64,000 nucleotides of DNA, taken from positions 8,618,001 through 8,682,000 of the forward strand of contig CAIIXF020000001.1 in assembly GCA_903813345.2 (NCBI GenBank). The letters are read 5' to 3'. The DNA is from Owenia fusiformis. Lineage: Eukaryota. The notes beneath the pieces were generated by a model. It was not told the DNA's origin, did no database searches, and saw nothing but the letters and a program-made list of their open reading frames with translations. Positions 13,201 through 25,200 of this stretch are shown one piece after another. The position numbers and the translations under genes were made by a program. The first letter of the stretch is position 1. Each line of letters starts with the position of its first letter.

Positions 13201-16200
13201 CCTTCAGTAACCCTTTCAAGGTCAAAAAAGGTCAAAAGGTCTTTTTTCATCTTGCTTCAAATTGACCAAATTTTTTATTTTCAAAATCATCTACAAGTTA
13301 AGATTGAACTCAAAATATTGTGAGCACCAGGTGGTGACACTAAGGCTGTCATTTTAAGAGATTACCACCAATCATCATGAAATTTGGTCAGATTAGCACA
13401 AATACACTGTTTTATAAGTGTGATGAATTTTATTAATAAATACAAAATATAAAATACAATTATCCCTTTATAAAAAATAGTGGGCACGCCACTTGACTTG
13501 GGATTTTGAAAGATCTGAAGCACATGTAAAATTATAACACAAAATATTGATGAATATTGATATTCTTTAAGATTGACAAATATAACAATGATTTATACCC
13601 CTGAGTATAAATATATCATGACAAGCATGCACATATGAATTCAAAGTCACTCAAAATAGTCTCCATTAGCATATATACATCGTTGCTCCCGTTTGTGTCA
13701 ACCAGGCCTTTAACCTCTTCAATTTTTTCATCATTGTTTTCATACTTTGGCCTCCCACTGCGATCATCATCATCCACACTTTCCCTTCCTTCTTTGAACA
13801 TTTTGCACCAACGAAAAATTAATCTCTTACTCATAGAGTCATTACCATAAGCCTCTTGGATATACTGCACTATATCTTTTGCTTGTTTCCCAAGCAATAC
13901 AAATGTTTTTATTGAACTCCTTTGCTGTAGTGCCAAACTCATGTTTTTGCAGTCTCCAGGACTTTTCCCTTTTTTGAGGGAGTCTATGATCATACTTTTG
14001 AGAAATTAACTGTGATGTCATACCATTTAGTCACCATAACAACATACACACAAAACATAAACATAAAACATAAACAAAAAAATTATGCTTCGATATCCAC
14101 TATACTCAAGAAAGATAGGGGTATAGAACATGTACTGATGGGCCATCATTCTTATCATTCTTACTGATTTTGATCCAAGTCAAGTGCTGTATCCTCATGT
14201 TGCTATGGCAACCAAATTACTGGTTATTATTAGTTATATCTGGTGATTTTCCGCATATAAATAGACAAATCTATTTTCAACATATGGTGAAAATTTGAGA
14301 TAAAACAAGCAAAATTTGACAAAATGAGAGCCTTAGTGTCATTACTAATTGAACGGCCTATATAAGCCTAAAGGTGTGTATGTAGAGAAGCCATGCATTG
14401 GTTCCTTTGTCTGACCTGTTTGTCTGTCCATGCATTCATTGGTTTTTGAATACTGTACATGAAGCAGGTGTTTGCCGAAAGATGTGTTCTGTTCAAAATA
14501 GCAGATTTTTATAGGTGTGGTGTAAAATCTAAGAGTTTCTGAATATGTATTTTTGTTGATTATTTGTAATTAGCAAAATTGGGATTTGTTGTTTAATAAT
14601 GATCAATTCTGTGTCATACTGGATTGTACCTTTTGTACTCATCCCGGGATATTTTAAGATAAACTCCTGAGTTGTGTTTGTAGGTCCTTACTACCCATAC
14701 ATAGGTGATGACCCGAATTATTTCACCATAGCATCCATCTTACAGCTGACTAACATTGGAAAGATCACACCAATCAGAGTTCAACAACCAAAAGTGACTT
14801 ATGATGATAACAATGTGTACCTGACTGCAACATTACTGGAGAGGCCTCCTTATTATGGTAATGGTTCTTGTCACACATTTATTGTATTTCAGTATAATGT
14901 ACAGTAAAAGCTGTTGGTAGTGGTACACCTCCGTTATTGGAACACTTTCAGAAGTGGGCCCATAAGTGGAATACTTAAAAATCTTGTTACCAATTTACTA
15001 AACAGGAATAAGCCTCTGAACGCTGGTCTAAACTATTTTTTTAAGAAAATATGACATCAATCAATTGATAAATCAATAAACAAACTTGAAGTTTTCCCTG
15101 GAACATTGCTGACAGAAAACTTGTTCAGTTCAAAATCTCATTCTTCATTTCTCTATTCCAGCTCTATTCTCAGCTGTTGAACAGTCCAAGTTCAGGCTTG
15201 GTGCAGATGCTGTTATCCCAGATATAGATCTCTCTGACTGTCAGCAGTACTGCCAAGATGAGACTGATGGACTGGGCAACACTATAGTGTGTAATAGCTT
15301 GGACTATTGTGATAATCTACGCACTTGTTCTCTCAGTACAACACACACTGGCTCTGACCCCAAAGATATTAAGACAAACCCAGGATGCACCCATTATTCC
15401 AGTAAGTTTAGAGGAATTTCCTGAAATGTTTCTTCTATTATATGTTTTCTTATTTTTAAATATTCACTCAGGAAAATGTTATAATATACTGTAATATTAT
15501 CATCAGGAAATGTTGATGCCAGAGACCAACCATCTAGAAAGCTATTAGAAGCCTGGGGTGATATTAAAGAAGCAATCTACAGGGGCAGCTTTATTATTAA
15601 TGTACCTGTTGGTGATGTTGGTACTGGTGTTGAGGTGAGGGTCTTTGTTTGTACAGTTAGTACCAGCAATGTCTGAAGTATAATAATTCTTCTTGTGTAC
15701 CCTATTTATTATCAAGATCTTCAAATAAATTTTTCACCAAAGTTTAGTGATCAATTTATGATGGGACAAACTTTCTGGCTGATTATAAAATATTTAGCAA
15801 AATAGAATATTTAAACATTTTTGGGCACCCTATATACTAGTAATGAGAAAAACTTGCAAAATGAAAATTAATTTTTTTATAGACCATTGCCTATACAGCA
15901 TCTAGAGTACGGGAAGGCCTCATTAGAGGCAAATGGCGTGATTTGCCTGGGCGTTACACTCGGCGTTTCAATGTCACTCGTGGTGTTATATTGGGTGATG
16001 TAAACATCAATATCCTTGATGTCGTCACATCTGTGGATGATTGTGCACGGGCATGCGTAACAGACACCAGTATATCATGCCTTACTTTCAACTATTGCTA
16101 TGATGAAGGTGTTTGCATGACGAGTGGACTCCACATGGATGATAACCCAATTCTCCTTGCCAACTCTTCAGGATGCGATCTTTACTCAAGTAAGATTTCT

Positions 16201-19200
16201 CCAAGGCCTTATATATTGTAAAAATTATTAATTATGCAATTATGGTGGGTAACATGTGTATATGTACAAATATCTATAATATGTACAAATATATACAAAG
16301 CTATATGATGTGTGATAAGTAAGGACATTCCAAGTTGTTTATGTTTAATGCCCTGATGAGTCTGAGGTGATACGCATTTTTAGCTTAAGTATTAAACTTT
16401 TGTAACGAATTTTTCATTTTTCAAAATGTTATTTTTGGAGTCCAGTGCCGTTTTTTAGCACTTTAGACAGTTTTGACAGTAGGAAAGTGTTTCCCAGTCA
16501 CAGTTGACAGATTATATAGTTATATTTATGAATAGAACACTTTAGGTGTACTGGGAATAGTGTAAACTACTCTTTTCTGGGAGATTTATTTTGCTTTCGT
16601 TCGTGTGCATTTTCTCACCTCCTATTAGAGAGCTCTGTTGACCTACATTCAATAACTCGTTTTTCCTTGCAATTTCGCCTTAGATTAGAGCCAATGATGA
16701 TTGGTTTTTGTTATATTTATCTAGTTTATAGCTTAATCTAGCTAGTTAATTACAAGATATATGTTTGTTCTGTGTTTAAAAACAGAGATCGTGATTGTTA
16801 GGTGAAGCTATTTTTTTGCAAAAGTTATGTCATCATTGCATCATATTAATTAATTATGCACTAGTGATATCCTGCCTGGGATTCCAGTGACTGGCCAGGT
16901 ATTGCATCAGCCGCTCGTGAGCTATGATTGGTTAGGCAGATAGTTTCGTGTGCAAAACACATGTTACATACATGTTGGGGTATAAATACGGTGGCGGACG
17001 TGACTCGGGGGCTTTCTGCGCATTGACTTTTGACGAACGGGACTATGTGGCTCTGATATTCGGGAGTTTTGGAACTACAAAACTTTGTCGTTTTTGCTAA
17101 ATGCAAAACTTAGACGATTCTTGGAACTACAAAACTTAGGAAGTTTTCTGCTAACTGAAGGATGGCATGTGATGATTGACTTGCCTAATTGAACTTCATT
17201 AGCCTGAGGTAGTAACCATAGATGATTATAAGCCACTGGTGTTGGATTCTAGGTGAATTAACTGGCTTATTGAGGGAAGTTATTGAACTACAAAACTTAG
17301 GAAGTCTTCTGGAACTACAAAACTTAGGAAGTTTTTCGCTGACTATTAGCCCGATAGTCCTAGATGATTATAAGCCACTGATGTTGGAGCATATAGCACA
17401 TTGACTTTTGACGAACGAGACTATGTGGCTCTGATTTACGGGATTTTTGGAACTGCAAAACTTAGGCAGTTTTCTGGAACTATAAAACTTTGTCATTTTT
17501 GCTATCTGCAAAACTTAGTCGTTTTCTGCTATCTGAAGAACATAGTCGATCTGCTACATGGGATGACTGACTATTGACTATTGACTTCTCTTAGCCTGAT
17601 GAAGTAGCCATTGATGATTATAAGCCATTGATGTGAAAACCTGGATGAATTCATTGGCTTATTAGAGGAATTTTTGGAACTACAAAACTTAGTCGCTTTT
17701 CAGCTAACTGCAAAATTTAGCTGATTTTTTGGATCTACAAAACTTAGAAGTTTTCTGCTATCGAAGAACATAGTCGATCTGCTACATGGGATGACTGACC
17801 ATTGACTATTGACTATTGACTTCTCTTAGCCCGATGAAGTAGCCATTGATGATTATAAGCCATTGATGTGACAACCTGGATGAATTTATTGGCTTATTAG
17901 AGGAATTTTTGGAACTACAAAACTTAGTCGTTTTTGCTAACTGCAAAACTTAGCTGATATTTTGGAACTACAAAACTTAGTCGTTTTTGCTAACTGCAAA
18001 ACTTAGCTGATATTTTGGATCTACAAAACTTAGAAGTTTTCTGCTATCTGAAGAACTTAGTCGATCTGCTACATGGGATGACTGACCATTGACTATTGAC
18101 TATTGACTTCTCTTAGCCTGATGAAGTAGCCATTGATGATTAAAAGCCATTGATGTGACAACCTGGATGAATTTATTGGCTTATTAGAGGAATTTTTGGA
18201 ACTACAAAACTTAGTCGTTTTTGCTAACTGCAAAACTTAGCTGATTTTTTGGATCTGCTACATGGGATGACTGCCCATTGACTATTGACTATTGACTATT
18301 GACTTCCCTTAGCCTGATGAAGTAGCCATTGATGATTATAAGCCATTGATGTGACAACCTTGATGAAAATATTGGCTTACTAGAGGAATTGTTTGAACTA
18401 CAAAACTTTGTCATTTTTGCTATCTGCAAAACTTAGTCGTTTTTCTGCTATCTGAAGAACATAGTCGATCTGCTACATGGGATGACTGACCATTGACTAT
18501 TGACTATTGACTTCTCTTAGCTTGATGAAGTAGCAACTGATGATTATAAGCCATTGATGTGAAAACCTGGATGAATTTATTGGCTTATTAGAGGAATTTT
18601 TGGAACTACAAAACTTAGTCGTTTTTGCTAACTGCAAAACTTAGCTGATATTTTGGATCTACAAAACTTAGAAGTTTTCTGCTATCTGAAGAACATAGTC
18701 GATCTGCTACATGGGATGACTGACCATTGACTATTGACTTCTCTTAGCCTGATGAAGTAGCCATTGATGATTAAAAGCCATTGATGTGACAACCTGGATG
18801 AATTTATTGGCTTATTAGAGGAATTTTTGGAGCTACAAAACTTAGTCGTTTTTGCTAACTGCAAAACTTAGCTGATTTTTGGATCTACAAAACTTAGAAG
18901 TTTTCTGCTATCTGAAGAACATAGTCGATCTGCTACATGGGATGACTGACCATTGACTATTGACTTCTCTTAGCCTGGTGAAGTAGCCATTGATGATTAT
19001 AAGCCATTGATGTGAGAACCTGGATGAATTTATTGGCTTATTAGAGGAATTTTTGGAACTACAGAACTTAGTCGTTTTTGCTAACTGCAAAACTTAGCTG
19101 ATATTTTGGATCTACAAAACTTAGAAGTTTTCTGCTATCTGAAGAACTTAGTCGATTTGCTGCGTGGGAATCTACAGGACTGGACAGCACTTCAAGAGGG

Positions 19201-22200
19201 TGAAGCTATCCCCAGCATAGAGCTTAAAGAAGTGGTGTCCAGCCTTCATAGACCTAATTCATGGAATTGGATGTTCCTTTTCTTCGCCTTGGTACTAGTC
19301 AGTGTTTTATTCATAGTGACCTGTTTGATCGCGATTATATGCATCCGTGTGTGTATGAGGACTGAAGCGGACTCTACTAACCAGGAACCTCAAGTAATCC
19401 TTGCACCTAGGCCAGCGTTACAGTCATCATTGGGATTCAGTTTGGCCACTGTGAACTTTGAATAGAATTCTACTTTGAACTATTATTGTACCAGAGAGTG
19501 ATCGTATATAATTAACAACAACAAGTTTATTTGGACATTTCAAATTTGTTTGTAATAATTAAGGTTATAATATATGTGAAATAAATCTATATTGTTGTCG
19601 TGTTGTAATTGCTGTAAACACAAGTACATTTAACGTGTACCCAGAAATCCCAAAAGTAACCTAGCCCTCACACTACCACAAATCGGCTAGTTTGTTACAC
19701 TGGTGGCAGTGGTGGGATATTGTGATTGCAGACTTTGTGATACAACATAACAATATGGAACAAATGACAGATCTTCCATCTCGAGTGTCAATGGAACGTA
19801 GGGAAGATAGTGAGCTAGAGAAAACAGTTTTTCTGAAGACTGATAAAATGGAGATAAACAACCCAAGAGCGGGTGATGATACTTTGCCGGTACCGAGAAA
19901 GAATATTGCATGTACAGCGTCTCCTGGATCCCGATTTAAGACATTAAAATCAGGAACAAGAGAAAAGGATTTGCCAAGCCTTTGGAGTACTGGATATTGG
20001 AGTGGAAAAGTGTTGGATAACACTTTCATCAGTAGTGATGAAGGAGACCCTCCAAGAAGGCAGAGATTTCCCCTTACCTCGACTAATGACAGACCCTCAG
20101 TAAGTCTAAAGAAAGTAGAGGATACCCTGAGACGAGATTTGAGTATGGTAGAGGAGAATGTTGAGGAGAAGATGTCCATTTTGAATGAGACTATTGTGGG
20201 CCAACAGAGCCAAATATAGAAGTTGGCTGAAGCTCAGCAGAGAAGTATGGCCCAAGTGGTGGAGACTCAACAGAGTATGATACGGGGACAAAGGGAGTTA
20301 CAACCGATGATGATGGGGACCATAAATAAAGTTGCAGAGCAGTTCAAGGAAAACTTGAACCATCAGGAGATGAAGACACGAGAAATAAGGAACCAAATGG
20401 AGGGTTTACAGAAGACTATTGTTGACTCGATTATAGAGGAATTACATGACAGTTTGATAGTCAACAAATCAGAAGTAGATGTTAAACCCCAAACAGATCA
20501 ATCGAGAAAAGTTTCAAGGCAGCCAGGAGATCGAACAGTAGATCCTGTCAAAGATTGCTCAGATAAGACACCACCTAGTGGCTGGATCACAAGAGAGCAG
20601 AGTGTTAACAAATTACAGGACCACCAGGATAATCCTCCTGAAGATGGGTATTTACCAGAGGAACAAAGACGCTCCAGACTGCCAGAAAGTGATAGCCACC
20701 ATGAAACTGAATTATCTGTCGAGTTGGTTAAAATGTGTAACAGTCTCTGTGAAAGACTGTCCTCGGAAAACAGAGAGAAGTCCAAAAGTCGGGTTAAACC
20801 TGATACTTTTGATGGCACCACCCCTTGGCAGGATTATAGGGCTTATTTTGATATCTGTGGAGATTTAAACCATTGGTCGGAAGCAGACAAAAGGAATTTC
20901 TTAGCCACGAGCCTGAGAGGCCCAGCTCAAGAAATGGTTCTAGAGATGGGACAGAACTATACATATGACCAACTCCTTCTGGCCTTGGAGAAAAGGGTTG
21001 GTCCATGTGGCAAGGCCGAGGTTTATGAGGCAGAGTTAGTCAGCAGGATTCGAAAGCCTAAGGAAACTCTGCAAGCCCTGGGCCAGGACATAAGGAGGCT
21101 CACGGCACTCGCTTATCCAGAGATGAGTCAAACCGCTCAGGATCGTCTTGCCAGACGGAGTTTTGAACAGTCCATATTAGAGGAGGATATACGGAGGGCA
21201 ATACATTCAAAGGAATGTAATACCTTGGATCAAGCCATTGAAGTAGCCCTTAAGGAAGAATCCTATCTGGAATCCGAAAGGATAAGGAAGGGACAAAAAC
21301 CAAAGAGTAGTCGTGTAATGGCTATTGAAGACAAGGACGAGAATGAAAATAAATTAATAGCCCTGGAGAATAAGATTGAAACTCTGATGGAGAAAATGAT
21401 GGAATTAATGTCCAAGCAGAACAAGTCTGAGCCTGAGATGTCAAGGCCAGCTTTCCGGAGAATGGAATGTTTTTACTGCCATAAGCCTGGACATCGAATA
21501 GCTGAGTGCTTCTCCAGAAAACATGCTGAGGAGCGGGCTAGGGAAGCCCAAGACAGAACCAGCCAAGTAGCCACAGTGGAATTTCTATCCCGAGAAAGAA
21601 AAGATGTCATGTTTTCCAAAAACATCAACAAGATAGTTGCTCATGGAACAGTTTGCAACACAGATGTTGCATTTCTAGTTGATTCAGGAGCAGCTAGTAC
21701 CATTGTAAACTCGGAGGTCTACCGAAAGATATCTGAACTTAAGAGGCCAAAACTGGAGCCGTCCAATAGGGTCATAATACAAGCTGGCGGAGAACCATTA
21801 AGTCAAAAGGGTGTTATGTGTGTTGGAATAAACATTGGTGGCCATGTCGAGAACTTAAAAGCAGTAGTGGCAGATATTGAATTCGATGGCATCTTAGGTA
21901 CTGATTACCTTGCTGCTGCAGGAGCCATATTAGACTATGGTCAGCGTAAGATGTCTATGAGATCAGGCCCTTCTAGAGATGCTCAGGTACGAGCTAGAGA
22001 CACACATAAACGAACATCTCGGAGAGTGACTATGGATGTAGTAAGTAGTCATCCAATCCGAGATAAGAGATATAGCCAGAGAGTTAGACTGAGTGAATCT
22101 TCTGGAAACATGAGAAATGTTGGACAGGATAGTCCAGGTACGTCCAGTACTCGTCCAATTAAGGTCCCACTAGCAAGAGTCTATAGGTCGAAATACTCAG

Positions 22201-25200
22201 GACCCCGACAGAGATCTGACACAGATTATGATTGGAGGAATCATCGTGTTTGCCTCCCATGAAATACTAATTCGAGAGTACAGCCTAGAAAAATATGAAG
22301 TATGTCAAGGACATGGTGTGATATGTCAATATGTATTTGTAGCACTTAGCTGCGAGTTGAACTTGTGAAGATAATTTTGTACATATTAGTTAGGCATTCA
22401 GTAGTTAGATATTTAGTGTTAAGGTTTGAGAAAAACCCAAGTTTAATGAGTTTATGCTAGATAACTCTCATTGCACCTCACAGCACTGATAGATAACCCC
22501 GGGGTTAAACAAACCAGATAGATTATAAGTGTAGGAAATAGCTAGTTAGGAAAAATTCGTTATTTTTTTTTTATAACTTAGGCTTGGTGTTGTTAACACC
22601 AAAATCATTGGTTGGGAGGAGTGTAACGAATTTTTCATTTTTCAAAATGTTATTTTTGGAGTCCAGTGCCGTTTTTTAGCACTTTAGACAGTTTCGACAG
22701 TAGGAAAGTGTTTCCCAGTCACAGTTGACAGATTATATAGTTATATTTATGAATAGAACACTTTAGGTGTACTGGGAATAGTGTAAACTACTCTTTTCTG
22801 GGAGATTTATTTTGCTTTCGTTCGTGTGCATTTTCTCACCTCCTATTAGAGAGCTCTGTTGACCTACATTCAATAACTCGTTTTTCCTTGCAATTTCGCC
22901 TTAATTAGAGCCAATGATGATTGGTTTTTGTTATATTTATCTAGTTTATATCTTAATCTAGCTAGTTAATTACAAGATATATGTTTGTTCTGTGTTTAAA
23001 AACAGAGATCGTGATTGTTAGGTGAAGCTATTTTTTTGCAAAGGTTATGTCATCATTGCATCATATTAATTATGCACTAGTGATATCCTGCCTGGGATTC
23101 CAGTGACTGGCCAGGTATTGCATCAGCCGCTCGTGAGCTATGATTGGTTAGGCAGATAGTTTCGTGTGCAAAACACATGTTACATACATGTTGGGGTATA
23201 AATACGGTGGCGGACGTGACTCGGGGGCTTTCTGCGCATTGACTTTTGACGAACGGGACTATGTGGCTCTGATATTCGGGAGTTTTGGAACTACAAAACT
23301 TTGTCGTTTTTGCTAAATGCAAAACTTAGACGATTCTTGGAACTACAAAACTTAGGAAGTTTTCTGCTAACTGAAGGATGGCATGTGATGATTGACTTGC
23401 CTAATTGAACTTCATTAGCCTGAGGTAGTAACCATAGATGATTATAAGCCACTGGTGTTGGATTCTAGGTGAATTAACTGGCTTATTGAGGGAAGTTATT
23501 GAACTACAAAACTTAGGAAGTCTTCTGGAACTACAAAACTTAGGAAGTTTTTCGCTGACTATTAGCCCGATAGTCCTAGATGATTATAAGCCACTGATGT
23601 TGGAGCATATAGCACATTGACTTTCGACGAACGAGACTATGTGGCTCTGATTTACGGGATTTTTGGAACTGCAAAACTTAGGCAGTTTTCTGGAACTATA
23701 AAACTTTGTCATTTTTGCTATCTGCAAAACTTAGTCGTTTTCTGCTATCTGAAGAACATAGTCGATCTGCTACATGGGATGACTGACTATTGACTATTGA
23801 CTTCTCTTAGCCTGATGAAGTAGCCATTGATGATTATAAGCCATTGATGTGAAAACCTGGATGAATTTATTGGCTTATTAGAGGAATTTTTGGAACTACA
23901 AAACTTAGTCGCTTTTCAGCTAACTGCAAAATTTAGCTGATTTTTTGGATCTACAAAACTTAGAAGTTTTCTGCTATCGAAGAACATAGTCGATCTGCTA
24001 CATGGGATGACTGACCATTGACTATTGACTTCTCTTAGCCCGATGAAGTAGCCATTGATGATTATAAGCCATTGATGTGACAACCTGGATGAATTTATTG
24101 GCTTATTAGAGGAATTTTTGGAACTACAAAACTTAGTCGTTTTTGCTAACTGCAAAACTTAGCTGATATTTTGGAACTACAAAACTTAGTCGTTTTTGCT
24201 AACTGCAAAACTTAGCTGATATTTTGGATCTACAAAACTTAGAAGTTTTCTGCTATCTGAAGAACTTAGTCGATCTGCTACATGGGATGACTGACCATTG
24301 ACTATTGACTATTGACTTCTCTTAGCCTGATGAAGTAGCCATTGATGATTAAAAGCCATTGATGTGACAACCTGGATGAATTTATTGGCTTATTAGAGGA
24401 ATTTTTGGAACTACAAAACTTAGTCGTTTTTGCTAACTGCAAAACTTAGCTGATTTTTTGGATCTGCTACATGGGATGACTGCCCATTGACTATTGACTA
24501 TTGACTATTGACTTCCCTTAGCCTGATGAAGTAGCCATTGATGATTATAAGCCATTGATGTGACAACCTTGATGAAAATATTGGCTTACTAGAGGAATTG
24601 TTTGAACTACAAAACTTTGTCATTTTTGCTATCTGTGAAAACCTGGATGAATTTATTGGCTTATTAGAGGAATTTTTGGAGCTACAAAACTTAGTCGTTT
24701 TTGCTAACTGCAAAACTTAGCTGATTTTTGGATCTACAAAACTTAGAAGTTTTCTGCTATCTGAAGAACATAGTCGATCTGCTACATGGGATGACTGACC
24801 ATTGACTATTGACTTCTCTTAGCCTGGTGAAGTAGCCATTGATGATTATAAGCCATTGATGTGAGAACCTGGATGAATTTATTGGCTTATTAGAGGAATT
24901 TTTGGAACTACAGAACTTAGTCGTTTTTGCTAACTGCAAAACTTAGCTGATATTTTGGATCTACAAAACTTAGAAGTTTTCTGCTATCTGAAGAACTTAG
25001 TCGATTTGCTGCGTGGGAATCTACAGGACTGGACAGCACTTCAAGAGGGTGAAGCTATCCCCAGCATAGAGCTTAAAGAAGTGGTGTCCAGCCTTCATAG
25101 ACCTAATTCATGGAATTGGATGTTCCTTTTCTTCGCCTTGGTACTAGTCAGTGTTTTATTCATAGTGACCTGTTTGATCGCGATTATATGCATCCGTGTG

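Larger units (their letters stand above)
16401..19699 (+). repeat. 5' LTR (3299 bp)
   Basis: Direct repeat of 22622-25548. TATAAATA at 16981, AATAAA at 19580. Confidence 0.95.

Noticed and set aside
18682-19090. Repeated minus-strand ORFs MQLAKTTKFCSS...
   Set aside because: Antisense by-products of the tandem array; short, with no recognisable domain.
17450-19160. CRISPR-like array (recurring GAACTACAAAACTTAG)
   Set aside because: The intervening sequences are themselves repeats rather than unique spacers, the context is eukaryotic, and there are no cas genes.
20223-22262. Domesticated gag gene (Arc/PEG10-like)
   Set aside because: It is flanked by near-identical LTRs and a TSD and has an in-frame stop upstream, so it is a recent transposon copy.
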